DNA from: the human T2T-CHM13v2.0 reference genome, Homo sapiens
DNA length: 64,000 nt
Assembly: GCF_009914755.1 (NCBI RefSeq)
Contig: NC_060928.1
Direction: 5' to 3' (one strand)
In this document: positions 14,458-29,860 of the stretch, in pieces
How the letters are laid out: each line of letters opens with the position of its first letter
How positions within the stretch are numbered: position 1 is the stretch's first letter
Notes under the pieces: model-generated
What the model was told of the DNA's origin: nothing
Seen by the model: only the letters and a program-made list of their open reading frames with translations
Database searches by the model: none
Translations under genes and position numbers: made by a program

Positions 14458-17400
14458 TTGATTCTTCCCATCCAAGAGCATAGAATGTGTTTTCATTTGT
14501 TTGTGTCATCTCTGATTTCTTTGAGCAGTGGTTTGTAGCTCTCCTTGAAGAGATACTTCATTTTCCTTGTTAGCTATATTCATAGGTATTTTATTATTTT
14601 TGTGGCAATTGTGAATGGGAGTTTATTCATGATTTGACTCTTGGCTTGCCCATTGTTGGTGTATAGGAATAATAGCAATTTTTGCACATTGATTATGTAT
14701 CCTGAGACTTTGTTGAAGTTGCTTATCAGCTTAAGAAGTTTTTGGGCTGAAACTATGTGGTATTCTAGATATGAGATCATGTTATCTGCAAACAAAGATT
14801 GTTTGCGTTTCTCTCTTCCTATTTGAATTCCAGTATTTCTTTCTCTTGCCTGATTGCCCTGGACTACATTGAATACGAGTGGTGAAAAACAGCATCCTTG
14901 TCTTGTGCTGGTTTCCAGGGGAATGCTTCCAGCTTTTGCCCATTCAGTAGGATATTGTCTGTGGGTTTGTCATAGATGTCTCTTATTATTTTGATGGATG
15001 TTCCTTCAATATTTAGTTTATTGAGACTTTTTAACATGAAGGGATGTTGAATTTCATCAAAGGCCTTTTCTGCATCTCTTGAGATAATCATGTGGTTTTT
15101 CTCTTTAGATCAGTTTATGTGATGAATCACATTTATTTATTTGCATATGTTGAATCAACCTTGCATCCTGGGGATGAAGCCTACTTGATTGTGGAGATAA
15201 GCTTTTTGATGTGCTGCTGAATTTGGTTTGCCAGCATTTTGTTCAGGAATTTTGCATTGATGTTCATCAGGGATATTGGCCTGAAGTTTTGTATGTGTGC
15301 ATGTGTAGTATCTCTGCCAGGTTTTGGTATCAGGATGATGCTGGCCTCATAGAATGAGTTAGGGAGGAGTCCCTCCTTTTCAATTTTTTGTAATAGTTTC
15401 AATAGAAATGGTATCAACTCTTTCTTATAACAATAGTAGAATTCAGCTGTGAATCCTTCTCGTCCTGAGCTTTTTTTGGTTGGTAGGCTATATTACTGAC
15501 TCAATTTCAGAATTCATTATTGGTCAATTCAGGGATTCAATTTCTTTCGGATTCAGTCTTAGAAAGATGAATGTGTCCAGAAAATTGTTCCTTTCTTCCA
15601 GATTTTCCAGTTTGTCTTCATAGAAGTGTTTGTGGTATTCTCTGATGACTGTTTGTATTTCTGTGGGATCAGTGGTGATATCTCCTTTTTCATTTCTGAT
15701 TGTGTTTATTTGAATCTTCTCTTTTATTATTTTTATTCTAGCTAGAAGCCTATCTGTTTTCTTAATTTTTTCAAAAATCTAGCTCCTGGCTTTGTTGATT
15801 TTTTTGAATTGTTTTTCATGTTTCTATCTCCTTCAGTTCAGCAATAATCCTAATTATTTTTTGTCTCCTGCTAGCTTCAGGGTTTGTTTGCTCTTGGTTT
15901 TCTAGTTCTTTTAGTTGTAATGTTAGGTTGTTAACTTGAGATCTTTCTAGCCTTTCGATGTGAGAATTTAGTGCTATTAATTTTCCTCTTAATACTGCTT
16001 TAGTTGTGTCCCAGAGATTCTGGTATGTTATCTCTGTTCTCATTAGTTTGAAAGGACCACTTGATTTCTGCCTTAATTTTATTATTTACCCAGGAGTCTT
16101 TCAGGAGCAGATTGTTCAGTTTTTATGTAGTTGTGTGGTTTGGAGTGAATTTTTAAGTCCTGAATTCTAATTTGATTGTGCTGTGGTCTGAGAGACTGTT
16201 TGTTATGATTTCAGTTCTTTTGCATTTTCTGAGGAGTATTTTACTTCCAATTATGTGATCAATTTTAGAGTACGTGCCATGTGGTGATGAGGAGAATGCA
16301 TATTCTGTTGTTTTGGGGTGGAGAGTTCTGTAGATATCTATCAGGTCCACTTGATCCAGAGCTGAGTTCAAGTCCTGAATGTCTTTGTTAATTTTCTGTC
16401 TTGATAATCTCACTTATATTGTCAGTGGGTGTTAAAGTCTCCCACAGTTATTGTGTGGGAGTCTAAGTCTCTTTGAACTTTTCTGGTAACTTGCTTTATA
16501 AATCTGGGTGCTTCTGTATTGGGTGCATATATATTTAGGATAGTTAGCTCTTCTTGTTGAATTGAAGTCTTTACCCTTATGTAATGTCCTTTTTTTGTCT
16601 TTTTTTATCCTTGTTGGTTTAAAGTCTGTTTTGCCAGAAAGTAGGATTGCAACCCCTGCTTTTTCTACTTGCCATTTGCTTGGTAAATTTTCCTCCATCC
16701 CTTTCTTTTGAGCCTATGTGTGTCACTGCATATGAGATGGGTTCTCTTAAAGACAGCATACCAATGAGTCTTGGTTCTTTATTCAGCTTGCCAGTCTGTG
16801 TCTTTTAATTGGGGCATTTAGCCCATTCCATTTAAAGTTAGTATTGTTATGTGTGAATTTGGTTCTGTCATCATGATGCTAGCTGATTATTTTTCAGACT
16901 TGTTTATGTGGTTGTTTCATAATGTCACTGGTCTGTATACTTAAATGTGTTTTTGTAGTGGCTGCCAATGGTTTTTCCTTTCCATATTTAGTGCTTCCTT
17001 CAGGAGCTCTTGCAAGACAGGTTTGGTGGTAATAAATTCCCTCAGCATTTATTTGTGTGAAAAGCATCTTATTTCTCTTTTGCTTATGAAGATTAGTTTG
17101 GCCCAATATGAAATTTGGGATGGAATTTCTTTTCTTTAAGAATGTTAAATATTGGCCCCCAATCTCTTCTAGCTTATAGGGTTTCTGCTGAAAAGTTCAC
17201 TGTTAGTCTGATGGGTTTCCCTTTGTAGGTTACCTGGCCTTTCTCTGTGGCTGGCCTTGACATTTTTCTTTCATTTTGCCTTTGGAGAATCTAATATTGT
17301 GTGTCTTGGTGATGATTTTCTCGTGGAGCATCTTACTGGGGTTCTCTGCATTTCCTGAATTTGAATGTTGGCCTGTATTGCTAGGTTGGGGAAGTTTTTC

Positions 17401-19541
17401 TGGATGATATCCTAAAATATGTTTTCCAGCTTGGTTCTATTCTCCCCATCTCTTTCAGGTACCCCAAATCAGTCATAGATGCAGACTCTTTGCATAATAC
17501 TGTATGTCTCAGAGGTTTTGTTCATTCTTTTTCATTCTTTTGTCTCTATTCTTGTCTGCTTGTCTTATTTCAGAAAGATGGCCTTCAAGTCCTCTGCTCA
17601 GTCCTTTCTGCTATTAATACTTGTGATTGTGAAGTTCTTATAGTGTGTTTTTTAGATCTAACAGGTCAATTATATTCCACTCTGAACTGGCTATTTTGGC
17701 TGTCAGCTCCTGTATTGTTTTATCATGATTCTTAGCTTATTTGCATTGGGTTACAACATGCTCCTTTAGCTTAGTGAAGTTTGTTATTATTCATCTTCTG
17801 AAGCCTACTTCTGTCATTTCAGCAACCTCAGCCTCATCTCAGGTCTGAGCTCTTGATGAAGAGGTGTTGCGGTCATTTGCAGGAAAAGGGGCACTCTGAT
17901 TTTTTAAGTTTTCAGTGTTCTTTGCATTGATTCTTTCCCATCTTTGTTGGCTTATCTACCTTCCATCTTAAAGATTTCTGCTCTTTGAATGGGGTTTTTG
18001 TGGTTTGTTGTTGTTGTTTTCTGTTTGTTTTTCTTTTAACTGTCTGGCCATTCTTCTGTAGGGCTGCACAGTTTACTAGGGCTCCATTCCAGACTCTAGT
18101 TGCCTCAGTTTTTTTCTGTACCTGGTGATCTCACCAGTAAAGTCTGTGACACAGCAAAGATGACAGTCTGCAACTTCCTCTGGAAACTTTATCCCAGGGG
18201 GATACTGACCTATTGCCAGGCCAAACATGACTGTTGTAGGTGGCTGGAGACCCCTGTTCTGAGGTCTCACCTAGTCAGGAGGAATGGGATCAGGGACTCG
18301 CTTAAAGAAGCAGTCCAGCTGGTTTTTGGTAGAGCATCTGTGCTGTGTTGGGAATCCCTTGAGCCCCTTATCCATTTGGACTTTCCAAGGCCCACAGCCT
18401 GGACCAACTGAGAAGCCCGAAAGGCCAAAGTGGTGGCCTGCCCTACCCCTCAGTCACTCTGTCCCAGGAAGAACACAGTCATGAGTGGCCAGATGCCCTG
18501 GCTGGGAGGACCTACCCTGTGAGGAGGAGTGGAATGGTGTCCCACTAAAAGAAGCAATCTGGCCACTCCTTGACAAACCAGCTGTGTCATGGTGGGGATC
18601 ACTTCTGCCCCTATCAGCTTGAACTCTCCAAAGCCCACAGGCTAAATGGCTGAGTTGTCCAACCAACCCGGTGGACAACTCCCCTTCCCTGGCAACTCCA
18701 TCCCAGAGGAAGATCAGAGCTCTGTCACTAATACATGCTGGTGGGCATGGCCGGAGGGTCTGGTTGGGACATCCTCCCCAGTGACCAGAAATGGATCAGG
18801 TCCCACTTAAAGAAGCATTCTGGCCGCTATCTGCCAAAGCCACTGTGTTGTGTTGCTCAGGGGACCCCTCTTCATCCAGATGTTTGGACTCTCCAAAGCC
18901 CGCAGACTGGAACAGCTGAGTTGACCAAACAGCAGTGATGGCACCTGCCCCACCCCCTAGGGCTTTGCTGAGTCTCAGACAGGTTTCACCCTGTTGCCTG
19001 TGGCTGGCTGGAATTCCAAGCCAGTGCATCTTATCTTGTGAGGTGTCCTGGAAGTGGGGCCCACGGAATGACACTGCTCAGTTCCCTGGATTCTGCCCCA
19101 TTCCTAAGGGTACGTGCGGACCTCCCGCCTTGCCTGAATTGCAGACACCTTTGTGGGGGATCCTAAGGAAGGAATTTGTAAAGCTCTTGAGTCTCTGTGC
19201 TTGGCTGAGCAGCTGCTCTGTCAAGATTTCACACTGTTCTGTGTGTCAGACCCATGGCTTTTGTAGCATGGGCTCAGAAGGGGATCTCCTGATCTGCAGG
19301 TTGCAAAGATCTCTGAGAGAAATGTGGTTACCAGGGGTTGCAGTCACTTATCGCTTCCCTTGGCTGGGAGTGGGGGTTCCTTTGGCTCTGTGTCACTCCT
19401 GCATGGGTCATTGTCCCACCCACCCTACTTTTCTTTGTTCTCCATGTGTCCAGTTTTTTCCTAATCAGTCCCAATCCAAGAACCTGGATATTTCAGTTGA
19501 AGGTGCTGTATTCACTTGCCCTTTCCGTTCGTCTCTGTGAC

Positions 19542-19584
19542 GATTTTCAAAAAATAGAGCAATTTGCTCTATTTTTTGAAAATC
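19542..19584. repeat. Perfect inverted repeat, 21-bp arms with 1-nt spacer
   Basis: gattttcaaaaaatagagcaa-t-ttgctctattttttgaaaatc; the arms are exact reverse complements. Confidence 0.97.
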
Positions 19585-20896
19585 CACAATTTGTATTAAT
19601 ATGTGTAGGTTATAAAGAAAAAAATAAAGAAAAGTTAAATGAGAATTGTAGCATATTATTTTCAAATTATGAATATTGATTTGAAATGAAAAAAAGTCTT
19701 ATAACCATACTCTAAATGTATTATTAGTTAGATTAATAATTACTTAAAAAAGAATATGTAGGCAGATTTTTTTAAATACTTTAACTTTTCCAATGCATAT
19801 ATACTTTATCAAAAAACAGGTTTAACACAGTGAAAGGCACAATATGTATCCCTTCGTTTTTCCCACCAATATATCAATAAATAAGTGGCCTTAGAATTCT
19901 TAATATTAGAAATTTATTGTACTATATGAACTGAAATGACACCCATTTTTGTAAGTTAGATATATATGGGTAAATCCCCCATTTATCTGCCAGATATTTA
20001 CATCTCTCTAAATATAGTGAATAGTGGATATGTTTCTCACATGACTTTAATTTTTCTAAAATTATGCATCAAATTAGTATAATTATTATAATGTCCTCAA
20101 TTTGTATTCTATTACAGCTATAAGAAATATTTGTATTTTACTTTAGGGTTGTGATAATTATTAGCATTAAGATTTTTCATTAACTTTGAGGTTTTCTTGT
20201 GGTTGAAGGCAAACATGATTTATCTAGTAGTGATCTAGAAGGAATGGAGGCTGGTCTATTTCCAATAACTGTGTCTATGGAGATGGTGATAATCCCATCT
20301 GCACCATTACAAAGACTAAATGTTCACATTCAAAGTTCTAGAATTATGTTACAGATGTCTTTATCTCATTACGTGGTTACTAGGGGGTTGTTTCATCTGG
20401 TGTACTTTGATACTGTGTGTACCTTAACAAGCAATCTGGAATAAGCCTTCTGTTTATAGCACTAGAAAACAGAGCATTGTTATATATCATGGCTACTGTT
20501 AATTACACTGTGGTGCAAGACATCATTAAAGCTTGAAATGCTCAAGGCATGTCAGCAGAATTTGTTTTACTTAAGTTAAATTACTTTTAAGACTCAGATT
20601 TAAATAAACAATATATGTGACAATTAAGTATATCACTATATATCATTGCTTTTGCAGCTTTGGTTGAGACTAATCTGTTGGCAAGTTCAGGTTTTTGGTC
20701 AAATTTAACTCTTTGTAGTCAGAAAAAATTTCCATTATTTCAATTAATTTCTGACAATTCCATTTCACTTTAATTGAATACACACACATTTAATGTTCAC
20801 TACATACACGATTTGAATTAAGTGCAATGCATAGTAGACACAACTTCTGCCACAAAATTCTTTACAATTTGTGTTACCTACACATATTAAAAACTA

Positions 20897-21376
<480 letters not shown>

Positions 21377-21477
21377 TCATCAAACTTAAAACTTTTTATT
21401 CAAAGAGAATAATTAAAAGGAAAACATTAAGTTGGCATATTTGGCTATAAATGAGAAAAAAAATGTTACATATGATT

Positions 21478-21801
<324 letters not shown>

Positions 21802-21844
21802 TCACTCTCATATAGAACAGTGTGTGTATGTATATATAGATGCA

Positions 21845-22090
21845 TATCAGTTCTGTTACGTGTTAGCTGTTTAGTCTTAGACTAAATATGCAGTTTTGCA
21901 AAATCTTGTTTTCTTCATTTTAACACTTAGCTTCCTAGCTTCTTTCAACCCAGTATCATCACAGGTTAAAGAAAGCAGTCTTTTTGTCTACTTCCCTGAG
22001 TTGTTCTGAAACCTCAATAAAGCATTATGTTATATAAAATGTTTAATAAAGGCTCGGTTATAAGGAAGCACTCAACTGCTCATCATCATT
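21845..22090 (+). mobile_element. MIR fragment (degenerate)
   Basis: Core-like ttagctgt...ttttcttcattttaa and ctacttccctgagttgttctga...gcactcaa. Confidence 0.4.
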
Positions 22091-22479
22091 ATATTTTGAC
22101 TTATAATAGTGGTCTAAACAAAATAGAATATGTACTCTAGGCAAAGCCCAAAAGCTTTTAGTGTAGAGATTTCTTCATAACCAAATATGGTAATTAAGTT
22201 TCATCAAATTCTCGTAAGTACATTTGCCTTTTAAAATTTGTAATAACCAAAAGTGTATTTTAACTTTAAAAATCTATCTGTAATTGTTATACATTTATAT
22301 TTAAGAATGCAACTAAGTTTACATTTGATGAATTTGAAAGAATAGTAACACATTTATGAATATTCATTAACAATGCTATCTTGATTTTTTTGTCAGTGAT
22401 ACTGATTGTAATCAATATGAATTCCAAATGAGAATTTGAACACAAAAATAAAATAATTTTCCATTTTAATAGAAATTGA

Positions 22480-22675
22480 ATGGAAGAGTTTAGGATAAAG
22501 CTCTGGAGCGAGACTTACTGCATTTGAATTCAGGTTCTGCCTCTTATTAACATGATAACCTTTGGCAATTTACACCCTTATGGTGTGTTAATGTCTCTTC
22601 TTTAGAACAGAGAAAATAGCATACCTACCTCAAGGGTTATTGTAAGGAATAGGTAAATTAATATATGTAAAGCAC
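22480..22675 (+). mobile_element. MIR
   Basis: gctctggagcgagac...ttgaattcaggttctgcctctta...cctacctcaagggttattgtaagga...atatgtaaagcac. Confidence 0.8.
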
Positions 22676-23345
<670 letters not shown>

Positions 23346-25838
23346 TAAAGCTGATTCCTGTCAGTTCTCCATGTAGCCTGGTATATTTTCATGTGGTAGA
23401 CCATTACAGCAAAAAACCCTGTCTGTATTAATTTAATCCAGTGTATCTCAAAAATATTCATTAACAAAGTATCATTTCTCAAAAAATTTTGCACAATTCA
23501 TATTAATGCCTCAAACAACTGTGAAACTAATATTTTAGATAACAATTTAGTACAACATACTATTTTTTTGTTTTACATAAATTTTAAAAAATACCCCAAG
23601 ACCAAAGATCTATAGAGATTATTCTAAATTTTTTAGGTATTGTTTAAATATGACTTAGGAATTGTATTACTGACATGCAATCAGATACTGCTTGCCCACT
23701 CTCAATGTCATTCCTGGTGGGCAAATAATTATATCTATGTGAGTTCCATTCCCCTCTTTTAGTAAAGAATGATGGCACATGAATAATATTTTAAAGTAAA
23801 TAAAAGTTAAGAGAATTATTCAGTCATTATAAAACCTATATTGAACATGTGTTATGTACCTGGTAACATACCAGGTGTAGGAGATTTACAAAGAAGGGAC
23901 CTAAAGCTAAATGGAGATGGGGACAGCTAAGGAATTATGGTACTTTAGCTGTGTCTTAAGTGACACATAAGGTGTCAATGATACAGGAAGCATTTTGTGC
24001 AAATATACAGGGCCCAAATATTCTGAAAATATTTTTTCCCAACCATGTGACATCTGAGATCTATGTAATAACAGTTCAGAATACAAAACCCATAAATTTA
24101 TAGTAAATTTTAAAAGCTGTACAACCTTCAAACAACTGTGAAACAAAATATTGTTATGACATTATAAAATAACAGCTTTATAAAATGAAATGGGTTATAT
24201 TATGAGAACTCTACCATCAAAATCTGGAGCCATGAGTTGAATCTAATTTTACTTTAGTTAAATTTTTTATTTTCTCTTTACTTACACAAAAATAGAAACT
24301 TCTTAGAATTATAAAATTTAGGAGAAAATGGCAAGTGTTTTCTATCTGTGTCACACAGATTTGTAAATGTAGGTGCTATGGGTTCCAGAAATTAGGGAGA
24401 GTTCTAACTAGAAAAACAAAAGACAAAACAAAACAGAAAAATGACTTGTCTTCCATGAGAAGATGTCATATACCATTACTCAAAAAATGTATGTGGTTTC
24501 CATGTCTTATGGAATTTCAAGATTCATATATTTTGTTTACCTAATGCCTCTATCACAGGTTACTATGAGCCCAGAATTTCCAATCTCCTTCACATGACTC
24601 TGTTGCAGCAGTTGTTACTCAGTGCTTCGCTCTCAATCTGAAGCACATCTTACGTTCTGTATAGCAGATATCATCACATATAGTTTATGTAAAAATAATT
24701 TATTAACAAAAAGAAAATTGTAAGATGGATTAAATAACTATTTTTGTAATTAATAATACCAAAGAGAAATGGAAAAGCATAGAGAAAATCTTTAGGTTTG
24801 ATGCATTCTAGAAGATAATGGAAATCTTGAAAAATTAATAAATATGAAAAACATTTTCCAGTTATAACTTCATTAACTGTAATGCAGCTTATAAATCAAT
24901 TTTTCATTGATTAATTAATGCAACATATTTGATAAATATGCACTATGTGCAGGCATAGTACTAAATGAACAGATAACCATTCTTGCGATAAAATAATCAA
25001 TAGTCTGCCAAGAATTCTAAGAGAATTTTTAAAATGAGGATGTAGAGTTAAATTATCAAATATTTTGGTAAAATTATAAAGAAGCTGAAAGAAGCACTTT
25101 TAAAATAAGTTTAGAATTGTTGCTGTATATAAGAGGTAATAGAAAATAATTGCCTCAAATGCTATTAAAGTGAAACATTTATTAATTTTAACGATTGGAT
25201 AAATGATTAGAATATTCATAGAGTAAAAGACAGTTTTTTCTATTTTCAATTAGGAAACAAAAAACTGAGTTGATGCTGTCAAATTGATGATTTTCTTTAA
25301 TTTTTAATATATCATTGAGGATAAAATTTAAATTATAATTATGTGTATGCTAAAATTCATTATTCTTGAAGTGAGATTACTAGAAATTCTATGTATCACT
25401 TTTGATAGACAAAAAAGTATAATTTTGCATTGCTGTGTATTTAACATTGGCAAAGTAATATATTCATAAAAACAAAAATATTGATGTTTAAAAAATTCAC
25501 CATAATCATAATTATATAAAGCATTTTGTCACTTATAGTGCTCCATTGTTTTCAAAGAGACAATATTATTAGAAAATGTATGTCTCTACATTAGGAAATA
25601 GATTGAATTATATGCAAATGGTGTGGATAGGAATGATAAAGCAACTATTAAGATCTATATAAAAACATTCTGATTTTTAAACTTATGAATAACAAAAATT
25701 GTTTTTAAATCTACATTATCTTTACCTTAATATTGTATGAGATACATGTCTATTCAAAATAATCTTAGGCCTCTTATTCATTGTGCTTCAATCATTTATT
25801 TTTCTATTCCATTGAGATCAGCAAGAAGTATGCCTATA

Positions 25839-25890
25839 CTGTGTGTGCACGTGTGAGTGTGTGCGTGCACGTGTGTGTGTATGTGTGTAT
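25839..25890. repeat. Imperfect (TG)n microsatellite
   Basis: tgtgtgtgcacgtgtgagtgtgtgcgtgcacgtgtgtgtgtatgtgtgta. Confidence 0.9.
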
Positions 25891-26679
25891 ATATTCCAAA
25901 GCTGATACATTTTTGAGGTAATAAATGCAAAATGTTTTGGAGCTGACATCGTATGTTAAGCTCACACATTAAACGAGCTCTTCTTTCTTCACTCTTTCTT
26001 TAGCTCAGCATAAATTAGGACTTGCTTAAAATACAGCTTATTTAACATGGGAACATGGGTATGTAGACACAATACTACCTTGAAAATGTAGGTACAAAAC
26101 AACTTTAGCATTGAGACAAACTGCATAAAACAGATTTTAACAAACATGAGTCATCTCTGCTCATCAGCAGAAAGTAAAAGAGGAATCTACTTCCAGAAGA
26201 GGCATCTTATGAAATTAGAAAACATTTACACTTAATCTGAAAAATAATGTGACACATTCATGACTTTGATGAAATATATGAGAATTCATAGTTAGGTAAT
26301 TCACTTCCAGCAAATTGGAATGAAATAGAAGTATTTAACTGGAGACCTTTCAAATCCAGCTTTTTCATTTTTATAATTAATAGTAAATAATAAGTTGTTT
26401 TCTGTGCATTTTTCCCATTGTTTTAACTGTATTTAATCTTCAGTAAATTGTATATGTGAAGTTTCAGGATGAAATTGTTCTTTGATAAACTTTTGTTAGA
26501 ATCTACTGCAGTAATATGCTAAAATCCCATATCGATTCTATTTTCAAGTATTTTCTAACTTAGCAGATTGTTAAATATTATTCATATTAATTTAATAACA
26601 ATTTGAGAAATTGTACAAAAGGATGTGTAGTATTGAAGGTAAGTATAGAATACTAAATGACTATACTCTGTATATATAT

Positions 26680-28450
26680 TTTTTTTCAATAGGCTTTATT
26701 TTTAGAAATAGTTTTAGTACACAGAATTTAGAAGATAGTAAATGGTACCCATTTATCTTGTACTCAATTTCCCTTATTATTAATACCTTTTATTAGTCAG
26801 ATATATTTGTTACAATTAATGAACCAATATTGATACATGATATAATCAGATTATCTTAAATTCTATCTAATACAATTTGTTGTTTGTTGTTATTGTTGCA
26901 GGATCTCATTCAGACACAACATTTCATTTTGTTGTCATGTTTCTCTTTGGCTGTTCTTGGCTGAGACAGTTTCTAAGATTTTCCTGGTTTTTGATAACGT
27001 GAATACTTTTGAGGAGTATTGGTTAGGTATTCTATAGGATAAGCCTCCGTTGAAATTTGCCTGATGTTTTTCTTATGATTCGACTTGAGGTTATATATTT
27101 TTGAAAGGAAAATCACAGAGGTAATGGTTCATTTTCCTCCAGCATGTTAAGGATATATATTATCAACATGATGTATAATTGTTGATACTGACATCTGGCT
27201 CAGGTAGTGTTTGTCAGGTTTCTCTACATTTTCTCTTCATTTTCTTCCATCCTTTCTAGAAGGAAGTCACTATATGCATTCCACACTTAAATAGTGGGGA
27301 GTAATTTGCCCCTTCCTGAAGGTAATAGTCCCCCTTATCCATGGTTTCACTTTTCATAGTTTCAGTTACCTGTAGTCAACTATAGTCCAAAAACATTACA
27401 TGGAAAGTTCCAGAAATAAACAACTCATACAGTTTAAATTGTGTCCTGTTTTGAGTAACAGTGATTAAATTTTGCACCACCCCACTCTATCCCATCTAGG
27501 ACATGAATGATCCTTTTGTCCAGCATGTCCATGCTGTAATGCTGCCTGCTCAGTAGTCACTTAGTAGCCCCCTGGGTTATCAGATTGACTGTCATGGTAT
27601 TGTAAAGCATGTGTTCTATTAACCATTATTTTATTTAACAGTGGTCACAAGTCCAAGAGTAGTGAGGTTGGCAATTTAGATATGCCATAGAGAAACTATA
27701 AAGTGCTTCCTTGAAGTAAAAAGGTGGATGTTTTTGACTTAATAAGGAGAGAAAAAGTATCCTATGCTGAGATTGTTAAGATCTAAGGTAAGAACAAATT
27801 ACTACCTGTAAAATTGTGAAGGAGAAAAAGAAAATTTGTGCTAGTTTTGCTGTTGTGCCTCAAACTGCAAAAGTCGTGGTCACAGTGCATGATAAGTACT
27901 TAGTTAGGTGGAAAAGGCATTAATTTATGGGCAAAAGAGATGAACAGAAAAGTGTTCCAACTGGTAAAAACAAATTGGGTTTTGTAGTACCTGTGGTTTC
28001 AGGCATCCACTGGAGGTCTTGGAATGTATCCTCCGTAGATAAGGGAAGACTACTGTACATAGATTATTTGGAATTCTACTGCATGAGTGATTTATCTACT
28101 ATTTCCTAATGGTTAATATATTCAACCATTTATTTATATGAGTATGGAATCACACATATTTATTTTATTTTACACTATGGACCTTATCAAATACTATTTT
28201 ATTAATTTTATTGCTTAAATTATTCTAGCATTGACCAACAGGAACTCCTTCAGTGGGCTGGTTCCTGTGCCACTTTGATATATTTCTATCAATGTCCGTT
28301 TGTGGGTGTGAGTGTTCCAGGATTATCTTGTTTATTTTTTGCTTCAGTCCTACAACCAGACTTTCTTCAAGGAGTCCTGGCTCCTTTTATTGAAGAATAA
28401 TATTAGAAACCAAAATCTGAGTGGTAGCTATGCTCTTTACTAGCAAAGTG
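26680..28450 (-). mobile_element. L1MC/MD-type 3' region interrupted by MER44
   Basis: tttgttacaattaatgaaccaatattgatacat, ctttttgaggagtattgg-like and gagtcctggctccttttattgaagaat blocks lie on both sides of MER44. Confidence 0.75.
27323..28055 (+). mobile_element. MER44 (Tigger7-derived non-autonomous Tc1/mariner DNA transposon)
   Basis: Terminal inverted repeats tagtcccccttatcc ... gataagggaagactactg with TA at 28056-28057; internal ggaaagttccagaaataaacaa block. Confidence 0.88.
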
Positions 28451-29384
28451 TCCCTACATGTTTTGATTTATTTTAACCAGGGAAAAGATACCAAGCTCTG
28501 TGTTTATGGTTATGCTCTGAAAAAAAAAAAAAAAAACTGAAAGTGAAAATAACACCAGTTTACGGAGCACCCCTACAGCTTCCCAGTGCTCTGTTTAATA
28601 ATTTAGGAAATAAATGATTTTGTAGTATAAGATAGTGTTATAGGCAAAGATGAATTAATCAAAAATTGAATTGATTTGAAAATTTTAAAGAACACTCAAG
28701 AGAAAGAAAGTTCTTACTAAACCTATAGAAACTATGACTAGCAGATGAAAAGAAGGTCTAGATCAATGAAAAACAACTGACAAAATGAAAGTGATGGTGA
28801 CAGGAAGGTGACTGGAAATGTCTAAAGAATTACTGTTGTTTGAAGTATATGGTAGGCTTTAATTGTGTTAAGTCTCTATTATATGCCTCTGTAGCATACA
28901 TCTTTGAATACTGTTATTATTATTCCTAATTTGTCCAAGTTGTTGGCTTGTACAAAATTGTTCAATTCTAAGAAGCAGAACCAGTAATCCTTGCGTTTTA
29001 GCTATTGGGGTCACAGCTATTTAATGAGCATTGCTTTAAAATATGTATCTCATGTAGAAAGGCAATGCTCCAACTATGAAGAATACTGCTCTTATTAATT
29101 TGTTTCTTTAGCGGCACCTTAAAAAATGTTTCAACATGTTTTTCAGCTTCTAGGTGACTAGCGTATGGCAGGATAAGTCCCCATTGTCCCACCTCCTTGA
29201 AATAGTATGCATACCTTGGGCCAAGAGATGTTACACAAACATCTGTGATGACAAATTAGACAACCTGTGAGCCAAAGGACAAAGGCATTGACCAAGGCAT
29301 TGAAGCCAGAGAAAGAAAATCTCTATTTAGGATCCATATTGTTCTTAACACAACAATGAAAATAGAAAATTTATCACCCAAACT

Positions 29385-29860
29385 TTTTCTTTTTGCCACT
29401 TTGCAGTGAATCCCTATTCTACGTGCCCTGGACTTTGGCAAACACTAATCTAATTTTCATGACCATGGTTTTGCTTTTTCCTGTAATTTCAAATACCTGA
29501 AACTATATGTATAATAGATAACATATGTAGTCATATTTTTCTCATTGCATTAAGCATAACTCTTTGGAGATGCCTCTATATTGTTCCTCTATCAAGAGTT
29601 CACTTCTTCTCTTTGCTATGTAGTGTCCCATTATCTATATTTAGCACAAATGACTTTCCCATTTTTGCCTACCAGTGTTTTTCAGATTTTGTCAATTATG
29701 TATAAAGCTATGGTAAACATTCTAGTGCAGGTTTTTGCATGAATATGTTTTCATTTGTCTTGAACATGTGAGTGTGGGTGGGTGGATATGCGGATGTGGA
29801 ATGCCCAGGTTAAATAGTATGTGTTTAACCATATAAGAGACTTCCAACTCATTTCCATTA
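29385..29860 (-). mobile_element. Old L1M (MB/ME-type) 3' fragment
   Basis: ggcaaacactaatctaattttc and gctatggtaaacattctagtgcagg...atgtgtttaacc...ttccaactcatttcc. Confidence 0.6.

Noticed and set aside
18935-19540. 201-aa + strand ORF antisense to the L1 5'UTR (possible ORF0 analogue)
   Set aside because: GTG start, no recognisable domain, and GC-richer repeat sequence where long open frames arise by chance; no similarity to ORF0 that I can see.
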